Assembly (NCBI GenBank): GCA_009692265.1
Contig: SHZM01000009.1
Location: forward strand, 1 to 64,000
Source of the DNA: Gammaproteobacteria bacterium
GTDB taxonomy: Bacteria; Pseudomonadota; Gammaproteobacteria; Ga0077536
Direction: 5' to 3'
DNA: 64,000 nt
In this document: positions 1 through 9,887 of the stretch, one piece after another
How the letters are laid out: the number at the start of each line of letters is the position of its first letter
Position numbering within the stretch: the first letter of the stretch is position 1
Position numbers and translations under genes: made by a program
Notes under the pieces: model-generated
The model's input: the letters and a program-made list of their open reading frames with translations, nothing else
Databases searched by the model: none
Told to the model about the DNA's origin: nothing

Positions 1-417
1 CCGCCGTGAACTTGCTCGTCGATGTTGACATCACGCGCACCATCAGTTGACGACGCGCGCGTACAGCGCGCGACTCCTTAGCGACAGCCAGGTGAGAACC
101 CCATAGAACAGGGGAAAAGACAGTGGGTGGCCTGATTTGGCCATGCGTTGATTGCCTAACCCCTGAAAAACCCCGAAACCGGGAACGGCCGCGCATCGTT
201 CCAGCCTGCGCGCACAGGGGCCATTGGGAGGGGCACAAGTGCGGTCCGCAGTGACGACCGCACTCAACCCTCTAGGCTCGTTGATTATGGGGTGACTAAA
301 AATCAGTCATCGCAAGCCCAAGCCATAGCCAGAATTCTCGAAGAACAGTTCGAGCAGACTCTTGCTCAACATCGCGAAGAACAGAAAATCGTGACCACGC
401 GGGCGCTTCTGTGAAGC

Positions 418-852
418 CTATGGCGCTGTCGTGGGCTTCCACTCGCTTGCCCGCTTTTGCGCTTCGGCGACTTGGGTGGGAGTCATCTTCGCGGTAACGA
501 TATCGCGGTTGTGAGTTGCGTTTTCGCGCGTTTCCTTTTCTGTCGCCCGTGCTGCTGAAAGGTTGTACCACTTGTGCGCTTCGACATAGTCCTGCGGCAC
601 GCTTTGGCCGTCGCGGTACATGACGCCGAGGTTGGATTGGGCGTCGGCCGCGTTGACCGCCGGCGTCGAAGCGGAGGCTTGCGCCATGTTGTTAGTCGAC
701 TTTTTCAAGACCCGTCGCGGCGCGGCGCGCAAGTCATGAGCCTCTGCCCCAGCCAGAATGAGCTCGAAGCCAGCGGCCGCGTGCTGGGCACTACCCAACG
801 GAATGGGCCAGTCCACTGTAATTAAGAGCCAGGCCGAGGTGCTCGCGCGCAA
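418..852 (-). CDS. Sel1-repeat (TPR-like) protein, possibly N-terminally shorter than the ORF
   Basis: Translation contains DAQSNLGVMYRDGQSVPQDYVEAHKWYNLSA, a typical Sel1 repeat; the start is uncertain. Confidence 0.45.
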   Translation of the reverse strand: MRASTSAWLLITVDWPIPLGSAQHAAAGFELILAGAEAHDLRAAPRRVLKKSTNNMAQASASTPAVNAADAQSNLGVMYRDGQSVPQDYVEAHKWYNLSAARATEKETRENATHNRDIVTAKMTPTQVAEAQKRASEWKPTTAP

Positions 853-1157
853 CTTCCAAAATCTAAAAAATACCCCCCCGGGCTAGACGTTTTGAAAAGG
901 CATGGGGGCCTTTGCCAAATTCAGGATTTGACCGAGTGGATTGGTATGCAGGTGGAGTGCGGGACTCCTAAATGGAATTTGGGGGGAGGGGGTGTTGCGG
1001 AGACGCGATGCCGACTGCGTTGTGCGGGGAGAGTTGTGTGGGGTGATTGTCGAGTCGAAGCCAAGTTACTAGGGGGCGTCCAGTGATTTTAAGATGGTAA
1101 GTGGGTTGGTATGTGAAAACCATAAATCATACTAAGTCATTGTATTTATTTAATGTG

Positions 1158-1254
1158 TGGCGGAAGAGGTAGGAGTCGAACCCACCGAACCTGCAATTAG
1201 CAGGATCCACCGGATTTGAAGTCCGGGCACCCCACCGGGAGATGTCGCTCTTCC
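1158..1254 (-). tRNA. selC: tRNA-Sec (selenocysteine tRNA), anticodon UCA, 97 nt
   Basis: Reverse complement reads GGAAGAGCG...GGACTTCAAATCCGG...GGTTCGACTCCTACCTCTTCCGCCA with a long variable arm and the ACTTCAAAT anticodon loop. It is near-identical in blocks to E. coli tRNA-Sec and lies 36 bp downstream of selB on the same strand. Confidence 0.93.
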
Positions 1255-1289
1255 GGGGCGAATCGTAACCGATTAGCTGGCCAGGGGGA

Positions 1290-3272
1290 TCACGTCGATG
1301 CCCCGAAGATATCGGCGACCTTGCGCCTGAGCTTGCGGACTTGGCCTTGACGCATCGTGAGTCCGATTCGGTCGAAATACTCCAGTACTTCGATTGTCAC
1401 GTTTCGCCCGACTTTACTGCGCTCGCGAAACGCGGCGACGGTGAATGAGTCGCCTTGTTCCGCGCCGACTTGTTCGGCCACGGTCGCGAGGCGATAGAGG
1501 GCCGACGGTAAGTAGAAGCGGTACTTGCTGACCTTGATCAGAACGCCGTTATGCGCGGCACGCTCCAGGAACGGCAACAGAATTTGAATCGTAATCTTGA
1601 GCGGCTCGAGCATGTCATGCGCGGCTGGCGCTTGCAGTCCGTGGTGTTCGAGCAGGCTGCGGACGCGCGGTAGCAGGGCGGCGTCCATCGGTGACAATTG
1701 GCCGCTGTGGCCGGCGAGATGCAGTAAGCCGGCGGTCCGGCGTAAAGTGCCTTGCTGTATCAAGTGGACGATTGCCACGCGCATCAGCGACGCGCTCAAG
1801 GTGAGGCGTTGCCGCAGCGCCGCGTCGTTTAGCCCTGCCTGCGCCGGAAATTCCTGGTGATGACTTGTCACCGCAGTGAGAGTCCCGTCAATGATTTCGG
1901 TCCAGCGCGCCGGGGTGAGCGCCAACACGGCACCATTCGCCAGAGCGATTCGTTCGATCGGAATTGCGCGGGTTAAAGCTTCGATTTCATCCGTAGTGAG
2001 ATCCCACACGCGACAAAACCACCGAAAGTCGACACCGTCCGGTTGTTGTGCCAACAACGACGCCAAAGCGGTAGTGGTTTGCGTGGTCGTCAACGCCGCT
2101 AAGGATTGGGCGCGTTTGCTCCGCGAGGTGCTGCGGATTGCGGGACAGGGGTCGAGAATCGTACCGCCGCCCAAGGTGCGGGTTGCGGCTTGATCACGCA
2201 GCACGAAACGATCGCCATGAACCGCGCAGGCGGGTGCTTCGAGTACGAGCATCGCATACCCCTGTGCACCGGGCGCGAGGCCGCGATCACCCAGCAAGCT
2301 CACCCGACCAGGCAAATCGGCGGCCCCAAGATGCACATGCACTGGAGTGCGATCCTGGAGCGCCTTCGCTTCGCTCGCGAGCAAGTGGAGTTGAACACCC
2401 AGGCGGTTCGCACCGCCGCTGAGTGCGGGATCGATTAACCAATCGCCGCGATGGATTTCGACGCGGCGGAGATCGTTGCTGGCAATGTTAATCCCGCAGC
2501 GTTCGCCGGCGCCTGCGCGGGTGACCGCTTGGTTTTGCGCGTGGATCGAACGCACCCGTACTTCGATCCCCGAAGTGGCGAGGAGCAAGCGGTCATCGAC
2601 TGCCACCATGCCCGAATACGCGGTACCGGTTACCACGCGGCCGGCGCCACCGAGGATGAAACTGCGATCGATCGCAAGGCGAAAGTGTCCGCGTTCGGAG
2701 CGCGCCCGCAATTTTCGGGCCGCACTGATTAGCAAGCCGCGGAGTTCCGCCACACCAACACCCGCCGGGGTCGCAAGCGGTACCACGTTCGCCGCAGCCA
2801 ACGAGGTAGTCGCGAGCAAGGCATGGATTTCTTCTCGCACGTTAGTGAGGCGCTCAGGCGAGACGCGATCAATCTTCGTCAAGGCAACCGCGCCCTGCGT
2901 AATCCCGAGCAGTTCGAGAATCGCGAGATGCTCGCGAGTTTGTGGCATCGGACCGTCGTCGGCGGCGATCACGAGTAACGCGAAATCGATACCGGCGACT
3001 CCGGCGAGCATGTTACGCACGAAGCGCTCATGGCCGGGGACATCGATAAAGCCGATGACGTATTCTGCGTCGGCATCATTAATAGTGTGATACGCGAAGC
3101 CAAGATCAATCGTCATCCCGCGGGCTTGTTCTTCGGGCAGGCGATCGGTATCCACGCCCGTTAGCGCTTTAACCAGTAATGTCTTGCCGTGATCGACGTG
3201 TCCGGCGGTGGCAATTATCACGGCGGCAACACGCCGAGCTGGGCGATGAACTCGCGGGGATCTTCGAGGCAA
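1290..3272 (-). CDS. selB: selenocysteine-specific translation elongation factor SelB
   Basis: 660 aa with the GTPase G1 motif AGHVDHGKT near the N-terminus and a long C-terminal winged-helix extension. It sits between selA and tRNA-Sec. The true start is probably downstream of the ORF-track start, which overlaps selA by 55 nt. Confidence 0.88.
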   Translation of the reverse strand: MPRRSPRVHRPARRVAAVIIATAGHVDHGKTLLVKALTGVDTDRLPEEQARGMTIDLGFAYHTINDADAEYVIGFIDVPGHERFVRNMLAGVAGIDFALLVIAADDGPMPQTREHLAILELLGITQGAVALTKIDRVSPERLTNVREEIHALLATTSLAAANVVPLATPAGVGVAELRGLLISAARKLRARSERGHFRLAIDRSFILGGAGRVVTGTAYSGMVAVDDRLLLATSGIEVRVRSIHAQNQAVTRAGAGERCGINIASNDLRRVEIHRGDWLIDPALSGGANRLGVQLHLLASEAKALQDRTPVHVHLGAADLPGRVSLLGDRGLAPGAQGYAMLVLEAPACAVHGDRFVLRDQAATRTLGGGTILDPCPAIRSTSRSKRAQSLAALTTTQTTTALASLLAQQPDGVDFRWFCRVWDLTTDEIEALTRAIPIERIALANGAVLALTPARWTEIIDGTLTAVTSHHQEFPAQAGLNDAALRQRLTLSASLMRVAIVHLIQQGTLRRTAGLLHLAGHSGQLSPMDAALLPRVRSLLEHHGLQAPAAHDMLEPLKITIQILLPFLERAAHNGVLIKVSKYRFYLPSALYRLATVAEQVGAEQGDSFTVAAFRERSKVGRNVTIEVLEYFDRIGLTMRQGQVRKLRRKVADIFGAST

Positions 3273-4702
3273 CGCAGATCAAACACCAAGGCACCCTGGT
3301 GAATGCGCCCGATCACCGGCATCGGCAACCCGCGAAAGCGAGCCGCCAGTGTTTCGACCGCGCGACTTGAAACGCGCGCGGTGAGGGGGCGCAGGCGTAC
3401 GCCACAGCTCGGCAGTTGCTCCACTGGCAATGCACCGCTTCCAATTTGACTCTTACACGCGACGAGGTCGATCTCCACATTGCTGCGGAGCGCGGTTTGG
3501 AGCGGCGCGAGCACCTCGCGAGCGGTCGCTTCGATCTCGGCTATCGGTCGCGTGAGTAGGCGCAAGGCCGGGATTACTTTTACCGCGCGTGCGGGATCCG
3601 CATACAGTGGTAATACCGCCCCAAGCGACGCCAAGGTGAGTTTATCCACGCGCAAGGCACGGGTCATCGGATTTTTTTTGAGCTTTTTGATCAGATCAGC
3701 GCGGCCCGCGATGATTCCGGCCTGTGGCCCACCCAGCAATTTATCGCCACTGAACATGACGAGATCCGCGCCGTCGCGGATCGCCTCCTGCACCGTCGGT
3801 TCGCGCGGTAACCCAAAGCGTTCGAAATCAAGCAACGTACCGCTGCCGAGATCGACGACAAAGGGGATCTGCGATTTTCGCGCAAGCGCGGCAAGTTCGG
3901 ATTCCGCGACCGCCGCCGTGAACCCTTCGATACGATAATTGCTGGTGTGGATTTTCATGATGAGGCCGGTGCGAGCATCGATTGCGCCTTCGTAATCACG
4001 CAAGTGCACTCGGTTAGTGGTACCGACTTCGCGCATCAGCGAACCGGCGGCGGCCATGACATCCGGGATCCGAAACGAACCGCCGATCTCAACTAATTCC
4101 CCGCGCGAGACGATCACGCCACGCCTTCGTGCCAAGGTATTGAGCACCAGCATAACCGCGGCGGCATTGTTGTTCACGACCGTCGCGGCTTCGGCGCCGG
4201 TTAGTCGCTGCAGCCAGCTTGCCACGTGGTCATCCCGGTCGCCGCGTTTGCCGGCTTCTAGCGAGTATTCAAGATTCGTAGCCTGGGTCGCCACTGCGGC
4301 GATTGCCTTCAGCGCGGCTTCAGGCAATGGTGCACGACCAAGGTTGGTGTGGAGCACTGTCCCCGTGAGATTGAACACCGGGATCAAGCTCGGTTTAGTG
4401 AGCGATCGCAAGTGCTTGGCAGCGGCCACGGTGAGAGACTCCGAGACTGCTTCCACCGAGGATGCCGCGAGGCCGGCTAATGCCTCGCTGCGATAGCGGG
4501 CGGTCGCCGCGCGTAAGGCGGCAACTACCGGCTCGCGTCCATGCCGATGGATTAGAGCCAGCGTGTCAGCGCGCTGCAGTAACCGATCAATCGAGGGGAT
4601 CTGAAATTTAGGCTCGGTCATCGGGGCTCTGCGCACGGCAACGAAGGAACATGGTGGCGCGCCTTGTGTGGAGTTAGGCCGCATTATATTCTCCAGGCTC
4701 AA
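3218..4702 (-). CDS. selA: L-seryl-tRNA(Sec) selenium transferase SelA (start probably at about 4621)
   Basis: Translation contains FSGDKLLGGPQAGIIAG, the PLP-lysine region of selenocysteine synthase, and is about 465-494 aa long. It sits immediately upstream of selB. The MTEPKFQIPSIDRLL start at about 4621 is more plausible than the ORF-track start. Confidence 0.88.
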   Translation of the reverse strand: MSLENIMRPNSTQGAPPCSFVAVRRAPMTEPKFQIPSIDRLLQRADTLALIHRHGREPVVAALRAATARYRSEALAGLAASSVEAVSESLTVAAAKHLRSLTKPSLIPVFNLTGTVLHTNLGRAPLPEAALKAIAAVATQATNLEYSLEAGKRGDRDDHVASWLQRLTGAEAATVVNNNAAAVMLVLNTLARRRGVIVSRGELVEIGGSFRIPDVMAAAGSLMREVGTTNRVHLRDYEGAIDARTGLIMKIHTSNYRIEGFTAAVAESELAALARKSQIPFVVDLGSGTLLDFERFGLPREPTVQEAIRDGADLVMFSGDKLLGGPQAGIIAGRADLIKKLKKNPMTRALRVDKLTLASLGAVLPLYADPARAVKVIPALRLLTRPIAEIEATAREVLAPLQTALRSNVEIDLVACKSQIGSGALPVEQLPSCGVRLRPLTARVSSRAVETLAARFRGLPMPVIGRIHQGALVFDLRCLEDPREFIAQLGVLPP

Positions 4703-4721
4703 TCATTAAACGAGTACGGAG

Positions 4722-5306
4722 GTGGCAGTGTCGCGGATCCCCTTAGTCGAGCCCGATGGCGCATCGCCCGAGGTCAAGGCAGCTTACAAACAATTCGAAG
4801 AAATCGGTTTTCCGATCATGAACGTCATGAAGATGTTCGCGAACAATGGCAAGGTGCTGCAGGGCTTTGTGCAGATCGCGCAGGCGCTTTACGTTGCGCC
4901 GCGGATCTCACCACGATATCGCGAGCTAGCGTATCTGCGAGCCTCGCAGGTCAATTCCTGTCATTACTGAATTCCCACCCATGTGATGCTCGGTCTGAGT
5001 GTCGGCTTGACGAAGGCAGAAATGTCGATGATGGGCGATGCGGAGCATTGCGAGACCTTTGATGCCAAGGACCGTCTCGTTCTGCGGTATTCAGAAACGG
5101 TCACGCGCGAGAATCGTGTCGACGACGCGTTGTATGCCGAACTGGCAGTAAATTTCACGCAAGAAGAATTGGTCGATCTCGCGTTGACCGCCGCGTTCTC
5201 ATCGTTCGTGAATCGAATCCATGCGACCTTTCGCACGGATCTGGATGAATCCACGATCGCGCAAGTCGGAGACGCAGTCACCTGCGCGCTACCCCCGCGA
5301 CGTTAA
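4722..5306 (+). CDS. AhpD-core / carboxymuconolactone decarboxylase-family selenoprotein (peroxidase-related), in-frame UGA (Sec) at 4968-4970
   Basis: ORFs 4722..4970 and 4983..5306 are in the same frame and separated only by TGA. The read-through translation is ...RELAYLRASQVNSCHY-U-IPTHVMLG..., matching the AhpD core motif E-X11-C-X-(H/Y)-C-X3-H with the second Cys replaced by Sec. It is divergent from the selA-selB-selC cluster. The start is GTG at 4722 or 4728. Confidence 0.8.
4985..5003 (+). promoter_or_regulatory. candidate bacterial SECIS hairpin (stem GAUGCUC / GAGUGUC, loop GGUCU)
   Basis: A 7-bp stem with two G-U pairs starts 15 nt after the UGA. The apical loop GGUCU puts G-U at +26/+27 from the UGA, resembling the E. 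coli fdhF SECIS loop AGGUCU. Confidence 0.5.
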
Positions 5307-5409
5307 ACGTCCGCGCCTGTCGAGCCGAATAATTGCTTCGGATCGACGGCAGCTCCGCGCGCGGCCGGTCGTGTAGACTGGTGACCTTCCCAACGCCTAG
5401 GAGAAAGCG

Positions 5410-7110
5410 ATGTTTTGGTTGATCCTCACCCTTCTCGGCGTCCTCATGGCGGCACTTCCACAGGTGTTTCCGCCGCGAATCCCACCTGCCGTAACCCGCA
5501 TCGCGGGCATTGCACTCGCGGTGTTAGCCTTCAGCGCGACGTCTTTTATCGTCATTGATTCAAACTCCGTCGGCCATCTAAAGCGGGTGTATTTCGGCAA
5601 CGCAATGCCGCCGGGGCGTGTAATCGCGATGCGCGGCGAGAACGGCCCGCAAGCCGAAGTATTGCCACCAGGCATGAACCTGCGGCCCTTTCTGAATGTG
5701 TTCTACGATATCGATGAATTCCCGGTTACGGATATTCCGTCCGGCAGCTATGGCTTGTTGACGGCGCGCGATGGACGCCCACTCAGCGACGGCGAATTCC
5801 TGGCCAAGGGGTGGCGTGAGGAAGACTTCGAAAAGATGCTCGATGCGGAATATTTTCTTAAGCATAACGGTTCGCGCGGACCGCAGCTCAGTGTTCTTAA
5901 GCCAGGGAAGTACCGCATCAACTCGTATCTATTCGATGTGAAGATTCTGCCTTCGATTGAAGTTCATGCCGGTGAAGTCGCGGTGATCAAATCCAATGTG
6001 CGTGAAAGCGATGATTGTCCGTTGCCGCAGCTGCACGGAGATAGCGGCAGCGAGGGCGGGTTGGTCGTGCCAATCGTCAAGAAAGGCTGCATTGGTGTGT
6101 GGGCCGAAGCGCTGCTGCCGAATCGGTATTATCTCAATGCGCTGGCCTATTCGGCGACGATTATTCCGACTCGCGTCCAGACGTGGACCTATAAAGGCGG
6201 CTACACCCGGCGGCAAATCGATTTAGTCGTCGGTCAGGACGGTAAAATCGAACAGCGCGAAGCACAAGCCACCGAGGTACCAGTGCCGGAAGACGCGGCC
6301 GATTCGGCGGTGGGGCTTACCGTGGAAGGTTGGCGCGTGCCATTGGAATTGCGCGCGTTGGTCCAAGTGGAACCGGAAGATGCGCCACGAGTTGTCGCGT
6401 CGGTCGGCACGTTAGCCGATGTCGAAGATAAAATTATCACCCCCGCAATCCGCAGCGTGATCCGCAATGAAACTGGACGCCCCCCTGATCCCGAGCATGG
6501 TATCGAGGGGACTCGGGTGCTGGATCTCATTACAAAACGTGCCGAGCTGGAGCGCACGATCGAGCGCGCGATCATCCCCGAAGGCCGTAAGGCCGGGGTG
6601 ACAATCAAGGAAGTCCGGTTTTCCGATCCGGTAATTCCGCCCGAGTTGTTACTCGCGGGACAACGTAAGCAACTCGCCGAGCAATTGCGCAATACCTACA
6701 TCGAGGAGAAAAAGGCGCAAGAGGAGCGCATCGACACCGAAAAAGCGCGGGCCACCGCAGATCAGCAAGGAGAGCTTGTACGCGCCGAAATCGCGGTACA
6801 GGTGGCCAACCAAACGAAGGCCAAGTTGCAGCTGGAAGGCGAGGGCGAAAAGCTACGCTTGACCGAAATCGCGTTGGGGCAAAAAGCGCAGACCGAGGTA
6901 TTGGGTCAGGAACGGGTCTTGCAGCTTGCGATGTTAAAAGAAATCTTAGCCGCCGCGTCCATCAATCCAGACCTGGTCAAAGTACCCACCGTGCTCGTGC
7001 AAGGCAGTGACGCGAATAATTTGACCGGCGCGGCGGCGGTGTTGGGATCCAGCAATATTGTGCAGTTGCTGCAACAGGCGCGATCCAGTGAGGCCGCTGG
7101 TAAGCAGTAA
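5410..7110 (+). CDS. SPFH/band-7 (flotillin-like) membrane protein with C-terminal coiled coil
   Basis: N-terminal transmembrane helices, a central beta-rich domain, and a long Glu/Lys/Ala/Gln-rich coiled-coil segment (EEKKAQEERIDTEKARATADQQGEL...). AGGAGAAAG ribosome-binding site precedes the ATG. Confidence 0.4.
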   Translation: MFWLILTLLGVLMAALPQVFPPRIPPAVTRIAGIALAVLAFSATSFIVIDSNSVGHLKRVYFGNAMPPGRVIAMRGENGPQAEVLPPGMNLRPFLNVFYDIDEFPVTDIPSGSYGLLTARDGRPLSDGEFLAKGWREEDFEKMLDAEYFLKHNGSRGPQLSVLKPGKYRINSYLFDVKILPSIEVHAGEVAVIKSNVRESDDCPLPQLHGDSGSEGGLVVPIVKKGCIGVWAEALLPNRYYLNALAYSATIIPTRVQTWTYKGGYTRRQIDLVVGQDGKIEQREAQATEVPVPEDAADSAVGLTVEGWRVPLELRALVQVEPEDAPRVVASVGTLADVEDKIITPAIRSVIRNETGRPPDPEHGIEGTRVLDLITKRAELERTIERAIIPEGRKAGVTIKEVRFSDPVIPPELLLAGQRKQLAEQLRNTYIEEKKAQEERIDTEKARATADQQGELVRAEIAVQVANQTKAKLQLEGEGEKLRLTEIALGQKAQTEVLGQERVLQLAMLKEILAAASINPDLVKVPTVLVQGSDANNLTGAAAVLGSSNIVQLLQQARSSEAAGKQ

Positions 7111-7154
7111 GTCGCTACGTTGACGAGCGCGCTTGGCGTTTCCATGCGCGCTGA

Positions 7155-7856
7155 TCACGGGCGCGCCAACGCTCGCACGCAGGCGAACAAGCCGAGCAGA
7201 ATCACCGTTACAAAATAGCCAAAATCGCTGAGGTACAGCGCGCCCACCGAAAACGGGGTGAAATGCGCGATAAGCGACGCGTTCACCGCCAGGACATCGA
7301 AGGGGTCGGGCAATAAATTGCCGAGCGAATCGCCGACCCAGAGCAGCAAAAACAGGCCCATCGAGCCGATGGCGGCGACGATTTGATTGCTGGTCAATGC
7401 CGACAGCCACAGCCCGAGGGCGACTAACGCCGCCGCCAACAAGCTCAGTCCGAGGTAACCGCTGTACACGGGGCCCCAATCAGGCTCGCTGAAGTATTGC
7501 AGCACCGCGGGATAGACCAGAGTCAAGCTCAGCATGGTCAAAATCACCGCCATGCAAGCGCCGAATTTCGCGGCGACGATGGCGAATTCCGCCGCCGGCG
7601 TTGAAAGCAAAAGTTCCAAGGTGCCGTGCCGGCGTTCTTCAGCGAACGCGCGCATGGTGATCACGGGTACAAACACCAGCAACAACACCGCCGCTTGGTA
7701 CATCACACGCACCAGCGACGCCGATTGACTCACGAACAACCAGCTCGTAAAGGTGTAGCCCATTAACAAGATGAACACCGTAATCACCACTGCGGCGATC
7801 GGCGAGATAAACAAGGCTTTGGTTTCCTTGGCCAACAAGACGCGAAACGAACCCAT
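7155..7856 (-). CDS. ABC-2 type transporter permease
   Basis: 233 aa with six predicted transmembrane segments. Its start (7856) overlaps the stop of the upstream ATPase, indicating translational coupling. Confidence 0.7.
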   Translation of the reverse strand: MGSFRVLLAKETKALFISPIAAVVITVFILLMGYTFTSWLFVSQSASLVRVMYQAAVLLLVFVPVITMRAFAEERRHGTLELLLSTPAAEFAIVAAKFGACMAVILTMLSLTLVYPAVLQYFSEPDWGPVYSGYLGLSLLAAALVALGLWLSALTSNQIVAAIGSMGLFLLLWVGDSLGNLLPDPFDVLAVNASLIAHFTPFSVGALYLSDFGYFVTVILLGLFACVRALARP

Positions 7857-8788
7857 TAGCGCTCCGAGCCGGTGAGGGCGAGAAACGCGGCTTCGAGATC
7901 CAGGTGGATCTCGCGTAGTTCGAGTAGCGCATAGCCGGCGGCGAGCACCGCTGGTGCGATCCCTGGTAGAAACTCCGCCGATTGCAAGGTCAACTCGTAA
8001 TTATTCGTAAAGCCGCCTGGACTCCGCGCTTGCACGTTGGTCACGCCGGCGATCAGGGTCAGCAGGGCTTCGGCCTTCTCCAGATGCAGGCCTTGAATCC
8101 GTAAAATCACCCTAGGCGCGGTCGCGGCGACCCGCTCCGTCAACAATTTCCCATTCAATAACACCGCGACCCGGGTCGCGATGCGTTCGATTTCGCCGAG
8201 CACGTGGGAGGTAATCAATATTGTCTGATCAGGCGCGAGCCGTCGCACTAATTCGCGGACTTCGATGATTTGGTGCGGATCGAGACCGTTCGTCGGCTCA
8301 TCAAAAATCACCAGCGGCGGTCGGTTAATCAACGCCTGAGCAATCGCGACGCGCTGACGATAGCCGTGCGAGAGTTTACCGATGGCCCGGCGCGCCACTG
8401 ACCCCAGGTTCAGTTCTTCAATCACTCGCGCGAGTCCACTGCGCAGCGCCGAGCCGCGCAGACCCTTGAGTCCCCCCATGAACGACAGGAACTCGCTGAC
8501 CAGCATCTGTGGGTAAAGGTTCGCGTCTTCGGGCACATAACCGAGACAGCGCCGCGCTTCGGCACTGTCAGTCGCGTGATCAAAACCTAGGATCGTGACC
8601 GAGCCCTCGCTGGGCGCGAGGTAGCCCGCGAGAATTCGCAGGATCGTACTTTTGCCGGAGCCGTTAGGGCCTAAGAGTCCGAGTATTTCGCCCTGCATAA
8701 TGTTGAAAGAAACATTATCTACCGCGCGCTGAGCACCATAGTCTTTGGCGAGCGAGCGGACTTCGACGATTGGCGCGGCGGTTTGCAT
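7856..8788 (-). CDS. ABC transporter ATP-binding protein
   Basis: Walker A GPNGSGKST, the signature LSHGYRQR and Walker B LVIFDEPTNGLD are all present. Confidence 0.9.
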   Translation of the reverse strand: MQTAAPIVEVRSLAKDYGAQRAVDNVSFNIMQGEILGLLGPNGSGKSTILRILAGYLAPSEGSVTILGFDHATDSAEARRCLGYVPEDANLYPQMLVSEFLSFMGGLKGLRGSALRSGLARVIEELNLGSVARRAIGKLSHGYRQRVAIAQALINRPPLVIFDEPTNGLDPHQIIEVRELVRRLAPDQTILITSHVLGEIERIATRVAVLLNGKLLTERVAATAPRVILRIQGLHLEKAEALLTLIAGVTNVQARSPGGFTNNYELTLQSAEFLPGIAPAVLAAGYALLELREIHLDLEAAFLALTGSER

Positions 8789-8920
8789 TGAGGTGAACTA
8801 GGCTAAGGTCCCACGGATTCAAGCCCGCAGGAGGAGGGAGAGTTAGCGCCTAGGTGTTACGCCGAGCCGCATTAACTACCCCTCTCCCGCTGTTCGGAGA
8901 AGGGTAGTGTCACGCAACCC

Positions 8921-9802
8921 TTATTCGTAGAAATCCGGTGCCTTCTTCATCGTTTTGAACGCATCGGGATCGTGCGCTGTGAAGAAGTTCGCGTTCTCGG
9001 TCGCCATCATGTATCGGATCCATTCGTAACCGCGCATGATCCCGGCGGGATCATAGGCCAGTACGAGATTCGGCGGGATGCTGTTGAGGACATTTTCGCG
9101 GAAGTAGGCCGCGTCGCCCGTCAGGATAATCGTGCCGGTCTTTGGTAGTCGTACGACCAACATCTGGCTGCCCTTGGTGTGACCGACTGAACGCTTGACC
9201 ACCACGCTGCCATCACCGAACAGATCGTGATCGCCATCGAGCCGTAGCAGTGGCATCGCCCCCGGCGTCGTGACCCCAAGCCCGGAACGTAAGGCGTTCA
9301 CGTCCCCTGGAATAAAGGAGCCCGCGAACGGTTCGTCGGGGAAAAATGCAAAGCCGATTTCATCGTTTTGGATCACCACGGTTGAATGCGGAAATTTACC
9401 GACATTGCCACCATGGTCCAGATGCATGTGGCTGACGACGACATACTTGATGTCATCCGGTTTCAAACCGACCTTGCCAAGCTGGCCTTCAATAGAGACT
9501 TCGGGAGTCATCATCGGGTCGAGCGCTTCGGCGTGCTTACCCCAGTAGCTGCGATCGGTGATCAGCTTGTCGTTGTTACCAGTATCGAACAGCACGTTGC
9601 CCTTTGGATGTTGGATCAGGAACATGCCGACCGGCACTCGGATCTTCGGTTCCATCGGGCCGAAGTTCTGCAATATTCCCTTGCCCAGTTGCAGGCTCCC
9701 GGAATTCAGCACGTACAACTTCATTCCAGCCGGTGACTCGGCGCTGGCGACTTGCATGAATCCGGCGACCAGCGCCAGTACGGCGATGCCATTACGAAAC
9801 AT
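8921..9802 (-). CDS. secreted metallo-beta-lactamase-fold hydrolase
   Basis: N-terminal signal peptide (MFRNGIAVLALVAGFMQVASA) and the HMHLDHGGN zinc-binding motif (HxHxDH). Confidence 0.7.
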   Translation of the reverse strand: MFRNGIAVLALVAGFMQVASAESPAGMKLYVLNSGSLQLGKGILQNFGPMEPKIRVPVGMFLIQHPKGNVLFDTGNNDKLITDRSYWGKHAEALDPMMTPEVSIEGQLGKVGLKPDDIKYVVVSHMHLDHGGNVGKFPHSTVVIQNDEIGFAFFPDEPFAGSFIPGDVNALRSGLGVTTPGAMPLLRLDGDHDLFGDGSVVVKRSVGHTKGSQMLVVRLPKTGTIILTGDAAYFRENVLNSIPPNLVLAYDPAGIMRGYEWIRYMMATENANFFTAHDPDAFKTMKKAPDFYE

Positions 9803-9887
9803 TAGTACTCCCCCCGTTTAAGAAATTTGACTTTCAACCGCCCGCATTATGGTCCGAAATGACAGCGTTATGCACCCTCAGCTCAGT

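Noticed and set aside
1597-3090. Several ORFs of 90-200 aa on the + strand (for example 2476..3090, 1876..2193) inside selB
   Set aside because: They are antisense to a strongly supported gene. High GC suppresses stop codons on the opposite strand, and the translations are Arg/Ala/Pro-rich low complexity.
8789-8920. tRNA-like T-arm lookalike (ggattcaagccc) and GGGAGAG/CTCTCCC inverted repeat in the ABC-transporter / metallo-beta-lactamase intergenic region
   Set aside because: No acceptor or anticodon stems can be built around it. It is probably just a transcription terminator or promoter hairpin.
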